Source: Ophelia neglecta
Lineage: Eukaryota
Direction: 5' to 3'
Length of the DNA: 64,000 nt
Assembly: GCA_965285935.1 (NCBI GenBank)
Contig: OZ260662.1
Span: forward strand, 30,938,001 to 31,002,000
The position numbers and the translations under genes are program-made. The notes under the pieces are model-generated. The model searched no databases. It worked only from the letters and a program-made list of their open reading frames with translations, and was not told the DNA's origin. The number at the start of each line of letters is the position of its first letter. Position 1 is the stretch's first letter. Shown here piece by piece: positions 47,989 to 61,700 of the stretch.

Positions 47989-49111
47989 ATGGACAGAGTT
48001 GTAGTTGGTCAGGAGGCCCGCCAGAACAAGAGAACCCCAAAGGTGAATATTGTTATATTATCAGACATACTTATTTCATTAATATTGATAAGATTACTTA
48101 GCATATACTAATTGGCATTTTTTTAATTCCAATATTTTCTCAATAAACAGAAACCGAATAATCCTTATTAATATACCTTCTCATACAGAGTTATCAGTGA
48201 GTGGCGAGCTTTAATATTTGACAATAACGTTACTCTCCTTTATATTTTTGTTTTAATTTTTGATAATTTTTTTTTCAATATTTTTTAAATTTATGATTAT
48301 ATGTTGTATTTCAAAATGTTAACAAATATTCTCACACACCTTTGTCTATTCTCAGGTTCTTTGGAGAAGGATTGGAACTTCTGTTTACCCTTGCCATGCT
48401 GAGTGCCTGGAGACTTCCACTCATTTGGACCACAGCATAGAGTTGTCTTCCGACTTCTACGACAGACACCCGGAGACCAGTCTGGAGATGAGCAGTGTTC
48501 ACCGTGTTTGTCATAACAACACACGATGCTCGGATGAAACCGGACTCTCGGATTCCTCATCCCACAGCAGCTTCAGTAGGACTGCCTACAGCAAGCTTCA
48601 GAGTCCCCAAACTTCCACTAGAACGGAGCTTAGCCAGACCCCACCCAGTGTCTGTAGGTCGTCCATCCGGACATCTGGTGACTCCTGGGAGCACTGCCTA
48701 CCCGAGGTGCCCCACAACAGCCCTGATGTCAGTCTAGAGTCCAGGATGACCCTGGTCCGCCCTGCTTGTCACACACGGTCATCTCTAGGCCCTAGGCCCC
48801 AGTGTGATGGACAAGAGTCAGAAGAACACTCCCGGCTAACTGAGAGCTTCGACGCCATGGATCCCCTGGACTCCGAGGAGGATCCTGGCCTTTCCCTTCT
48901 CACTGCCTCATTGACCTCTTCTCACACCCGGCTGAACACCACCGCTGACTCCGATGCCACCTTCTTCATGCATGCGTTTTTATCCCGGAAGGCAGTCACC
49001 AAGAAGGAAGCCCATAACAAGAGGAAAAAGATTCTTTCCAAGTTAAAGAAGTTTAAGCAGCATCTCAACAGTGTTACTGCCGGCCAAATGCACACGTTAG
49101 CTGTCCTCTAG
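47989..49111 (+). CDS. Array gene copy 9 (exons 47989-48042, 48356-49111; 269 aa)
   Basis: Splice sites conserved, open frame. Confidence 0.8.
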
Positions 49112-49939
49112 GATGGAAAATAAGTGACATAGATACCTGCAAAAACATGCCTGTGATAGAGACTGCTACAGCAAACATGCCCCGTAAACATTCCATGTTA
49201 GGAAAAGAGACCTTTTAAGAATTCTTTTTATTGTTTGCTTTATTAATGTTACCTTTGATATTTGAAATATTGGAGCGACGGAGGTGCCTGTTATGGTTAT
49301 ATTTATGCATTTGATAAGCTACCAATGCTTTTAAATAAATTGCTCCATTTATTAATAAGTGCGTTTCATTTATATCATAGTCATCCTGTTAGTCATTATG
49401 TAAATATGTAAATATGTTGAAAGTTGTAAATAAATCATACTGCTATGGAACATGTCGTTTTTCATTTAATGTCAATTTAAAATTGGTTACAAATTAAGTT
49501 CCAGTGCCGAGTTACAATTTACCGAGAATGTTTACTTCGATTGTCCATCGGTTTAAAATAGTCGAACATTGTTTATTTCGATTTTGTCTTGTTTTTCGGA
49601 ATATTTCTACAAAAAAGTTTTCCTGCCGAAAATAGTTTACCTCGTTAGATATCATGTTTTTGTGGAAGTTAATTGTGTTTTTCTGTTTAACTGCAAAGGA
49701 GTGATACTCAAATATTAAAAACTTATTATTAATTTAACTCTTATTGTATTATGTTTTAATTGTGACAATAAGCAGTTATATATATATGCATTTTACTTCT
49801 ATGATAAATAGTGGGGTGCTTCCGGACGCCCTAAGTACTCCCGATATACAACGATAGTCATTAATCTAAATTTACTATTTACAAACCAAAATCACTCACT
49901 GGTACCAGCAATTTCGATAATATTGAACTGCCTAGTTTA

Positions 49940-51000
49940 CTATCTCCCTAAACAAACATTTTATTAGTATAGAATATAAACATTGTATGACTTCCAATCA
50001 AAAAATTCAACGTTATACGCATCACTCGAATGTCTTTGCCTTATTGCTAACGTTCTAGATAACGAATCCTATGTTTAGAATATCTACAACGATATGTCAA
50101 AAGCATTCAACATGTTAGAACATTCAATATTATTGCATACATTATTCTATTATGGCATTGGAGGGTATTGCAAATAAAAATCATCGAAAGCAGCTTACCC
50201 ATTTGCAAAAATGTAAAAACAATAAAACTATTACAGCCCATAAATGCACGGTGCTCCTACGGTCTATCTTAATACCAGAACCATAATCATAAAACAATAT
50301 TATTTCTGATGATACTAGAATTATGTTTACTCATAATTACAGTACATAGGCCTATCTCCATTCTCAAATGAACGTACAAATTGATGACGCATATAAGTTC
50401 CTGAAAGCTAACAAATTGTCCCATAGCATAAATAATACCAAACACACTATAGATCGTAGCCATAATAAAATTTTACCGCAAATAAAGCAGTTCTTCAAAT
50501 GTTAATCTTTGTCATCTGGTTGAAAAAAGTTCCTAACTTGGCAGTCAAACACAGAACTTACATGTTAGAAAAATTCAAAACTAGATGGCATCTAAAATTG
50601 TTTAAAACACTAATAGCCATGCAGTGAATTAGAATATATTTATTATGTTTCAATTATATCACAACTCACATATGGGCTTACGGTGTTCCTAAATAAAGGT
50701 AAGAAACTTAATTATGACAAGCTCTTTACTGTTCGAAAACGGTCCATGCCTATTATTGCTAACTCTTCCTGTATTTTCTGGACACTGCATCAAAATGTTG
50801 GGATAACTACACACATTAATGACTTTTGTATTTTATTAAATTATTTAAACTTTGTTGTAATGTTGTATCTAAAGATTACTCTGATATCTCATGGACTGTT
50901 TTACCGGTAATCGTGTTACTGACATACATGATACAAGGCATAGGCATCATATATCTCTAGAAACCATAAGGGTCAATGTAAAGAAACAACAACTTACAGT
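49940..51000 (+). mobile_element. Highly decayed CR1/L2-type reverse transcriptase remnant
   Basis: About 50080-50165 translates as IYNDMSKAFNMLEHSILLHTLFYYGIGG (cf. DLSKAFDTVDHSILLxKLxxYGIRG). A degraded xADDT-like motif (SDDT) is near 50305. Limits are approximate. Confidence 0.65.
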
Positions 51001-52791
51001 AAATAAAGTCAATGAAATAATAAAAACATTGCCGCCAAGATTAATTTTCACCCTCTGAGTCGATCATAGAGAAAACTTTATTGTTAAAAATGCTCAGAAA
51101 GAGCCAATGACTACATAAATGCATTCATGAACTGCATAGAAAGACCAGACACCGCATACGTGTAGCTATTGTCTATTATATAGGCACAATATCAGCACAA
51201 TATATTTCACAAAAAGCTGAAAAATTATCCATATTATGATACCTAACATTGTTCTCTATTATTATTTTTAAAATGACTCGTATTCAATTTTCAGACCGTC
51301 TTAAATCAAACGTTCATAGCAGTATTTGGCATCGAATTTTCCAATATCTTTTCTGCAGTTATAAAGAATGTAAATTTGGTACCATCGTTTAAACTGGTAA
51401 ATGATGGACAGTGCTTGACAATATCAGAATATTATGCTTTGCTTTGGTTTCCAAACTTCCATGAACTTACAAACCATGAATGCTTTTCATTTGTACTATA
51501 TTGTATGGTATGCATACTGTCTCATCGACTGGCAATTTCTTTTTAGAGTAACTTCCAGTTTCAATTTTGAGAAAATAGCTTCTATAGTTCCAGCCTTGTA
51601 AAACCTTTCTATGTTGTTCATCATGGACATCAGTTAATACATAGTTTTCATAATGTAGGTCACATTTAAATGTTACACATGTGCTGAGTTTCTTACTATT
51701 CCCAACGGTTTCTTAAATAAAATATAAGGCTGCTGCAAATTGACAATCATGTTTTTTTTTTTGCAATATTTTCCACATATTCAACCCACATATTATTGCG
51801 GAACCCCTGCAACGAGAGAGTTCTCTAGCATTCATAATATATTTGCAATACCGAAAGGAATTTATTACATCGAAAGCGATAGGATACATGCCATGTCCTC
51901 CTCGAATGAAGTTATTTGTAGTATGTTTGTGCACCCCGAGAATGAATCTTGCATTGCTAACCTGAGTTTTTTTTCCGGCTGGAAAGTATCCTAATTTGCC
52001 TAGTAATTAAGTAGGTTTCCCAAGTAATCATGCAATTTGAAAGAGTTAATTAGATCTAGAATTGACTCATGAAAGAAATATATTATCCACCACCCTGTTA
52101 CTGTTATATTGGTGGTACGTGAACTCATCCTTACAATCATCTAGTGACTTACCACTAAGCATCTTTTAACTACAGCCTGTACACGCATCTAGAAGTTAAT
52201 TTTCATAAAATTAACATTTTACTTTGCCAAATCCTTACTTGCTCTACCTTGTCACTAGCGGGTATCATACATTACATTATCCTGAGGCAATGGTATAAAG
52301 TATCTTAAGATTCAACTACATAGACCAATTGGTGTCCAGTGCGATTGTTAAAATCTCAGGTCAATGTGATTTTTCCATTGACCGAGAAGTGAGGGTTGTC
52401 GTGTTACAATTTTTTTAATTGTACATCTCCATCATTTGCATAAATCAAAAATGGCTGCCATAATATACATTATAATGCATGTCTGAGCATAACTCCACTC
52501 TTATTAAGCGATTTTTCCAATATTTACATTAATATCCTTTTATATTGTATGAAATAAAATTAAAATTAATTCAAAAAAAAATTAAATATCAATGTCGTCC
52601 TTTATATGGTCTTCTTACAAATATGACAAAATGTGTATAAATTCTCGCGATGGACACTATCATTATTTTGGCCATTCATGTCTGACTTAAATGTCTGCTA
52701 GGACGCAATCTTAATAAAGTTATTAGATTTTTGCAGAATTTACACACAATGCAAACCCCTGTTTATGCAACAGGTAGGTACTAATATTGGA

Positions 52792-55700
52792 CTATATATT
52801 ACTCTTGTTCGATCCACGGTACCGACGTTCCTTTATCAATGACAGTATGTCTAGCACGAATATCACGAAGAAAAGGCCCACTATGGTTATTAAGCAAGAT
52901 TTTCCGATCAGTCCGCTGTGTGCTGCTTCGGTAGGTGGAGAAACTATGACAACATCTGCACTGACCTCTGCAAAAAGACGGAACTGAGCTTGTTTTTTGT
53001 TCACAAGAGGAAAAACGAGATCATTCTAACATTATTCAATTGTTATCTTATTGGTGAATTCCTTAAACACCGAGATGGGCCGCACTGCAAAGATCATCAC
53101 CAAAGCACAGCATCGAGATATTTTTATCTAAACTAACGTTAGGCCTCTGCTAACAGGGGATATGCGTGAGTCAGTTTTCTCTCACCGCGCATGCGTGACC
53201 CAATAAGTCAATGGCTTCACTGCCAAAATCTAGGTAGGTGTAATAACTGCAGCTGAAAAAAAACACCACATGGAATCCTACATAGTGCGGTTAGTGCAGT
53301 CATAATGGACCGTGGATGTCATGTATTTTTTGAAGTTTAATTCCGAATAATTTTATTTGTTACATCTAAAAAAGTATAATTCCGCGTAATGTACTCTATA
53401 ATTTAATAAGACACAAAAAACATTGAAAATTGCTTGTACATATCCCCTATTGGCGAAGCAGCTTTATGTAGCTCAGCGGGTCACATAGATAGGTCTAGGC
53501 CTAGGCATATACTCAATTGAATAACTCTTACCATCAGTTTTTACACCGAGTTAACTTACAAAGGTTTGGGATAAATATAAATATGTATTTAGTAAATATG
53601 GAGAGCTATAGCAGTTATATTCAATATACGTGAATCCCAATACCGAAATCATAAGAGATACAATCATAGTTAACGAGACTTAAACATCTAAATTATCACA
53701 TTTTTAACTTGTATGATCACACCAACTAGTTGTTTACCATGACAGTTTGGAAGTGGAGGTGTCCATTGTCCTGTGGCTGAACATTCCACGGATTGCGATG
53801 TCCCTCTCAACATACCTGCCGAAGCTACACAGTAGACATTAACAACAGCTCCCGGGTATCGAGCAGTGCTGTTTACAGCTATATCGTCCCATACCGGAAT
53901 GAGCGGACATGATATTTCTTCAAGAAGAAATTAGTCATAATGCCAAAAATATCAAAGAGAAATTAGTCACAATGCCAAGAAAATTTTACATACGGCTAAT
54001 AAAAGAAAAAATTCAATTCAATAAATATACAAGCCTCAAAATCCTCAGAGCAATATATTAAGCGCAGGTTGTTTACAACCTTCAACATTAAAGCAGTACC
54101 TACTACTTCATAATAACGAAACAGGTACCAGTATAATTTTCTATGCAATCCACAAACACTTTATTAATTAATCAGAAATTGCTGCCCCTCTTTAAGTAGA
54201 TGCCCTTGATACAGAAATGCGCCAGGCTGATATACAACTTTACCTATACAGTCATGTAAGTTCGGGGACCAATGACCGTTAGAGCCACAAAGTATTTCTG
54301 CTGAAAAAATTCCCCGCGCAAACCACGTTCCCTCCACGCATGTGTGTCGTATTCTATCAGTGTAAAACCAACCACTGCCAGCATATCGACTTCTGGCATT
54401 CAATATTTCCGGCGGAGATGTACAATTTACTCCTAAAAATATCACAATTACACCAGCCAGTTTTACGGTTATTAGGTTAATAAATGTCAGGGTTTTTTTC
54501 GATTAACTGACAGGATAAGAATTCACACGATTATTACAAATCGGCTGTCTAGCGGAAGAGGGGGATGTAGAGGGGGGTGGGCGATGTAAGGTAGGGGGAG
54601 GGATAGATTCAAGGACAAGTGATTTTCCCAAGTCGCCCAATTATGGCGGTGATGAGGATAAGGGTAGTTCTAGAAATGGTACCAGGTGTTTCAAACATGA
54701 ATCAAGGCCTCCCGCATGATATATGATTGCAAAGAAACAAGTCACAAAAATACGGATAAGTATCACATATTGTACACGTACTATTAAAATAAGGCAACGT
54801 TGTTGTAAGTCGAATTAGTAATATGACACACACTAACAAAATTAAAGGAACGCGAGTTCAAATCCTATAAATCGGGTATAAGAAAGTGGAGTAAACACAT
54901 TGACATCTTACGTTCACACTGAGGCTTCTCGATAGACCAAACTGACGTTTTTAGACATGTTATTTCGGCTTTAGGTTGTCCGTTGATCTGGTAGCCTTTG
55001 TCACAGACAATAGTTATACCAGAACCAACATGATTTTCCACTGAACTTACAGTTCCGTTTGCGATTGATAATATTGAACAAGTTGAAACTGAAAAATATA
55101 TTCATTTGTCATTCACCGGAAGTTTAATGGACCCAGTTGGCATATGCTAGAGATGATAATATTATATGTTTCAAAATTAATTAATTATATCACTAAAACT
55201 GTCTTGTTATCAATACCTTATTAACTGACCTAAACATGCGTCGTGTGATATTTCCCAGGCCCCACTCACACAGGTGATCTCATGCATATGACTGTTTTTT
55301 GCAAACTCGTAGCCTTCTGCGCATGTGTACCGCACCACAACGCCGTCGAGGGCCTCGTCGGCGTCGGGAACGGCGTTCTGTATTCCCGGAACAGGCGGAC
55401 AACGACCTACTATTATGTGGGGGGAAAATGATTTGAACTTCCTGTGTAATTATGACGTGGTATAATTATAAAGAATGTATTCGGTCTACTATGACGTGGT
55501 ATGATTAAAGAAATATACATTCGGCCTTCTTAAGTATCAGTTCATGCAGCCGAGTACTATAGACAGGTTTTAACTCAGCCCACTTGAATAACTTAATTGG
55601 TAACTCAGGCTATAATTTTCAGAAGTTATGCGTACGGGAAACTGTATCAAACTGTGTGATTTTGAACTACAACACAACCAGTAAAACAAGACATGACATA

Positions 55701-58700
55701 ATGCTACTATACCATTACATGTGTACTTCCTGTCTCCCCAATATCCACCATAACCACAGCTCAGCGATATCCGCTGGAATCCATTTTCAAATCGAAGCCC
55801 AGAATCACACTCATATGTGACATTAGTACCATACGAGAAGTTTCCGTCCCACAGCGGAAGGTCCTGTATAAACTTCGTGGCCGAGGTTATGTCCGTGGGA
55901 GGTTGACAGGTAACCGCTGTTCAAAGAGTTTATACAGTTTACAAACACATCACACATTTTAATCAAGATAATTGTTTTCTTGGGTCTATTCCATTATACA
56001 ATACCTCCACAATAACAAAGTACATGTAACCAACTTGGAAAACCCAATATAAGGCTATGAAGAGCCTTATCAAACACTTTGTTGAATATATTTAAGGCTA
56101 GCCTGTTAAGTTGAAAAAAATTCCCAGCCCATATATGCGCCGAAATCAAATGTTAAGATTTTTCTTATAATTAATTTCTTATTGTGTGAACGGTGTATAG
56201 TCCCGCGATATAAACAGACCGTTTTATTATCTTGTATGCTATTGTTATCTAAACAAATCATTTTATTATCTTGTCTGGTAGTGTATTATGAACAAACCAT
56301 TTTGTTATCTTGTCTGGTAGTGTTATATAAACACACTGTTTTATTATCTTGTCCGGAAATGTAATATGAACAGACCGTTTTATCATCTTGCCTAGATATA
56401 TCATATAAACAGACAGTTATATTATAAATTCAGTATATTTTACTCAGAGTTCCTAGTTAAGGCCAACATATGTATCCGAGCAACTACATTTGTTAATTTC
56501 GATATCTTATTTGCAGACAAAAGCATATTTTAGACCAAAATGGAGACACAAAAGCAGAATATTTATCATTGTGGCCACTGTTACGGATACAGCTGTTTCA
56601 GAGAGTTTTCGGAGGCGCGGAGCCTTGGCAGATATATATATCTCGAAATTAGGGACAAACCAACAGACCTAAATAGCCCTCTCCCTATCTCTTGCCCTTA
56701 GTCTAAAATCTGCCTCGCTGACGACATTTTGCTTCGTGCCATACAGAAATATACATGATCTCCGCCTCCACATGCTCTCCCTGCCTCCGCTTCAATTTAT
56801 CAAACAAATAGTAATATGTATAATCTATATACAGCTTTTCCATTTGTAACAGAATGTCTTATGGACAAAACTATCATAAACCAATCATGTCGGGCTGTGG
56901 TGGTGTGAATGGTGTTGGAAGCATGTTTCCGCACAATAAACGTAATGATGGTTACTGTGGTAAATATCATTGTTAGAACCCTTTACCACAGACAGAACAC
57001 AAGAATGGTTTCACGCCGGTCGTGCTAGCGCTCCAGGGTTCGAGCGTTCTCGTTCTTAATTTGCGAACGTCAATGCTAAATATCAAGTAAGCTAACCACT
57101 AATGAAGTAGATATCAAGGGGATTTGTTCTGTTTGGTTTGCATTGTTCTTGACATAAAACTTTATTTGCAATGCTGTCATTATTTTACACCAACTTACTT
57201 TGAACAATTTTTTTGTAACTACCGTCGAAACAAGACTTTCAATGGCTTGTTCTAAAGTATATCGAAACGAACGACAAGTTCAAAGCAATATATCGACCGG
57301 AGCTGTTTTTATTGCTCTTTCATACGCAATACAATGTTTTAGAATATACGTGTGTAACACCATAAAATTTAAATTGTTTTTATCGTTAGGTAAGCCCGAA
57401 GAACCTTGAAGTTGGGTACGCTCGCTTGGTTCTAGCTGGGTTACCGTAGGAACCTGTGAACTTTCTGTTCATTTTTCCCGTGACTAGGGCTTCACTTTTT
57501 TATCTGTATTCGGGACATACAGCTTATTCTTGTGAAACGAAAAATCCAGATTTTAAATGTCCGTGCTAAGGATAAGCCTCTTTTTCATAAAGGTCACTGC
57601 GAACGACTGTATGAAGATCCCCTCCCTTATACGTGCTTTCACTGTCCCTTAGATAAATATTTGTCTTATAAGGTCTTTTCCGATCCATTTCTGACCTGAG
57701 AAGGCCTATTTTGAATTGAAAATGGCAGCGTCCCTAGCATCTTACCTTCACAATCCGGTATAGCAACAGACCAGTTTCCCGCCTCAGTACATGTAACGTT
57801 TAAGGTTCTGTCCCCGGAAGGAAAGCTATAACCCGGGTCGCATTCCACTACCACCGAGGTAGACTCGACAGCTAAAGCCGTGCTGAGCCTCGCTCGCCAC
57901 GGGGTGGGCAGATAAGGACACGTTTTCGCTGGAAAGAAGACATAAACCGTTCAAGAGGATAATATTCTGTCAGTTAAGAAACGTTTTTATGAACATTTAT
58001 AAGATTTTATCCGTCGTATAAATATATTCCCTTTTTGTTTGGTACACACATATCACCTTCACAATTCTCCACATCTTCCCATAGACCGAGAGGCCGGCAC
58101 ATGACCGTTAATTGAGAGCGTCCGTCAGGGAAATGGTATCCTCTTAAGCACTTAACGGTTGTATGGCCTCCAATCAGCGAATCGAACGACAAAATGATGG
58201 CGTTCTGAACAAGTGGAAGCGGGCCACACCTGACTGAATGTAGGTTTTAACTTTAACGTCTTTATTCAAATGTTTTTAACAGTAAGAGAACATTCTATCC
58301 TAAAACAACCAGGGTAGGGTGTATGTAATGGGATTTCATGGGAACAAGTTGGTCAACATTTTTGTTATACTTGATATTCAAACCTTAATTCGCGGCTTTT
58401 GGGAGGAATTGCAGTAAATTTACCAGAACAGTTAGTTGTCGGATAATGCCAGACTGATTTCATTCCGACATTGACACATTTCGCAGTGACCACCCCTCGG
58501 CCCTCGGCGAGCAAAGCACCGTCCGCACAGACTATCTGGTTGTACAGGCCAGGTTGTCTCTGCATGGGAGTGTCCGGAGTGGGACCTTCAAGGATCGATA
58601 GAGGTGGATGTTCGCACAGAATAGCTGAAATGGCAGATATGTAAACAGTCAGTACGGTTTTTTTGCTTTTTTTATGGTAAAAAGAAACAATTGTTGAGCG

Positions 58701-61700
58701 AAAAGACATACGGCACTCTTTTATCAGTCTGTTAACTGTGACCTCCTCGAGAGAAGGAGCGGAGAATAAATTGTTATGTGATTGTGAAAAGAGTAATATG
58801 TGTGCCCATGTAGAGCCACAGTTGGCTTTACAAAATCTATAAAAGGAATGTTGCCAACCCCGATGGTGCAACTCAACATGGCAGGCTACGTAGTCCCAAA
58901 ATTGTGCCCCGCGTATTAATAAATCCTCCATTTTCCGAAAGTTTCCCCCAAAACACATTCTTTTGTCAGTTTTTACTAAAACCTTGCTCCAAAAAACTGA
59001 GAAGCTATGTTATGCTTTAAAATTGTGTTAACTGACGCTGAAAGAGATTACCATTTTCGGCATTTTTGAGACTCCCTTTCTTATTACAAGTCACGTTAAG
59101 TTGCACCACTGGGAGTTGGTTTTTCAACTAACGCTGGCAGTTCCCGATTTTGTTCAGATTCCATTCTCCCTGAAGACATACGACAGAACGCACTTTCCCG
59201 CTATTCGGAAACGCATATCCCTCTACACACGTGTAGATGATCACGGAGCCAGAGAAGCGTCCTCCGAAAACTACACGTCGGGTGGAAAAGCCAACTTGAG
59301 GAGGTGGACTGCACTCTTTCCCTGGACGACCTTTGTGAGAGAAAAACAAAAACACACAGATCCCCGAAACTGTTTTACACATTCTCGGCCAGCAAAACAT
59401 AAATTGCTGAGAATAAAAAAAACAGACGTTCCGGGTCCTTTATATATACCTTGCTTTATGGTCAAGTTCAGAAGTTAAAGTTCAGGAAAAAAATCTCCTG
59501 CCGGAACAAGATCTGCAGCCGCAAGAGTTCCTCGTATTTAAGTGTAATATTAAATAAAGTTAAAACACATTATAGCGTGATCTTAATCGATTCATAAACA
59601 CAAGAACTGCAGGCTTGATTGCCTGACATTAAGTTGGCTAACATAATCATCGCCCTGCGTCCTAGGGGTACAGACGCAGCGACTAGCAATTTTACACAGA
59701 AATCCAGACAGGCTTTGGATCTCCTTTTAATCAGACGACATTGAAATGGGTGTAGCCGTGTACTATGTTACATATACAGGATTAACACGTTACCCCATTC
59801 TGTACTTTTACACCCCAAATTTATTTTGTAATTTGTTAAAGGTGTTTGGGACATACAAATTATTACAATTTATTGGGTCCTGTTACAAATACCCTTTACA
59901 AAGTGCACCTTGATGGTTCGCTCCCAGATCGAGCCGCCAAACTTAACAATCATGTAAGAGCTGGTTATTTGGCGTCTTAATTAGCCAACACAACCAATTT
60001 TATGCAGCCAAAAGGGGTTAAATGTCGCTTATCGATGACAAATCCAATACATGATTAAGTTTGCCTATCTAAATATGAATGTCTATTAAGCTAATTAAAA
60101 GTGTATTTACAAATCCACTTACCTGAATCATCCCAATTGGTTTGTTGAGTAGTAGAACTGTGTTGTACAGAGTATGATGTCGTTATCAATGATGTAGTTA
60201 ATATATCTGGTATTGACGTAGTTATCGTCATATCTGGTACTGATGTTGTGATCGTCGATGTAGATACTGTCATATCTGGTACTGATGATGTGATCGTCGA
60301 TGTAGATACTGTCGTTTTTGGTACTGATATGATTAACTTCGATGTAGGTACTGTCGTAGCTGGTACTGGTGTGGTTATCGTCGACTTAAATACTTTAGTA
60401 TCTTTTTCTTGTGTGGTTACGGTTGATGTCGGTACTGTCGTATCTGGTACTGATGTTATTATCCTTGATGTAGGTACTGTCGTATCTGGTACTGATGTGG
60501 TTATTGCTGATGTAGGTACTGTCGTATCTGCTACTGATGTGGTTATTGCTGATGTAGGTACTGTCGTATCTGCTACTGATGTGGTTATTGTTGATGTAGG
60601 TACTGTCGTATCTGGTACTGATGTGGTTACCGTTGATGTAGGTACTATCGTACCTGCTACTGATGTGGTTATCCATGCGGTAGGTACTGTCGTATCTGGT
60701 CCTGATGTTGTCATCGTTGATGGAGGTTCTGTCGTATATGGAACAGATGTGGTAATCGTACATACAAATATCCATGATGTAGGTATTCGTACATACAGAT
60801 ATTGTCGTATCGGATGCGGATGTAGTTATCGTCGATGTAGCAAAAAAACAGTGTACGTGTATATAATAAAGTGACCATAGGCATGTATCTTTATAATACC
60901 CCCCTGTAATAGGAAAGCATTCAAATTACAAAAGTCATTATTAAACAATATTTCATATTTCATGTTTACCATAGCCTACCTTGACACGTTTCCAGGCCGG
61001 ACAAATAGGTTGTCCAAGACTCAGAGCAAGGACAATAAATGCGTTTGACAGTAGAGGTGTCTTTAAACATCTTTCCAGCGTCGCATTGATAGATTACAAA
61101 CCCCATAGTTATATCAATCATTTTGGTAGAACCGGCCACATGCGGAGCTGCAGCGCACTGCGTCATCGTACTTGCTGCAAGATTTCAACAAGGTTCTTTT
61201 GATTGTATCTTAACTGTTGCATGATATTTGATTGAACTTTTGCGCGAATGGAAAAAAATTCCAATTAATAAATTGAACCGCTGCTCTATATGTTTCTTAC
61301 AATTCGTGCCAAAGGTGTGGTTATCATTACTAAAAAATCAGAGTAAAATAGGCCCTAAATGGACATGGCAAAAACACAACGCTCGGGCCAAAGGATATAT
61401 ACGTAAAAACGTACAGTGTTAGTGCGTACTTACTTTTCGGCTTTTCGCAAAGGGCAAAATTATTATCCGTGCAGTATTTGGTATCTAACCCATCATCATC
61501 AGATTCATTATCAACGCTGTAGTCATATCGTAAACAGTTGTCTTCGAAAATATTTTCCGGCTCATCCTCCAGCTCGTAGCCTCCTCCAAAGTCAACGATG
61601 GCGCCATCTGCGTAGACCCATTGTGAGGTGCCAGGGGCAATCTGACGGTAGCGAGCGCCGACCCAAAGATCGTTATTTCCATGCCTCAAGATGAATAAGG

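Larger units (their letters stand above)
7068..49686 (+). repeat. Head-to-tail tandem gene array, 9 units, basic unit about 3.94 kb
   Basis: The promoter, exon 1, intron, exon 2 and 3' UTR block recurs nine times. ATG-to-ATG spacings are 6050, 3937, 10653 (3933 without the BEL insertion), 3232, 2983, 3967, 3938 and 5558 bp. Boundaries are approximate. Confidence 0.95.

Noticed and set aside
7068-49686. Array unit as an autonomous transposon, Helitron or endogenous virus
   Set aside because: No TIRs, LTRs, Rep/helicase, transposase or capsid motifs belong to the unit. It has a spliceosomal intron, promoter motifs and a poly(A) signal like a host gene.
56211-56416. 39-bp repeats (and the 42-bp repeats at 60.2-60.8 kb) as a CRISPR array
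   Set aside because: The units are contiguous and degenerate with no unique spacers, the context is eukaryotic and there are no cas genes.
57000-57105. tRNA or tRNA-derived SINE head on the minus strand (TAGTGGTTAG A-box-like)
   Set aside because: No cloverleaf, a weak B box and no second copy in the window.
60248-60874. Plus-strand Val/Asp/Thr-rich 208-aa ORF
   Set aside because: Antisense shadow of the mucin repeat exon.
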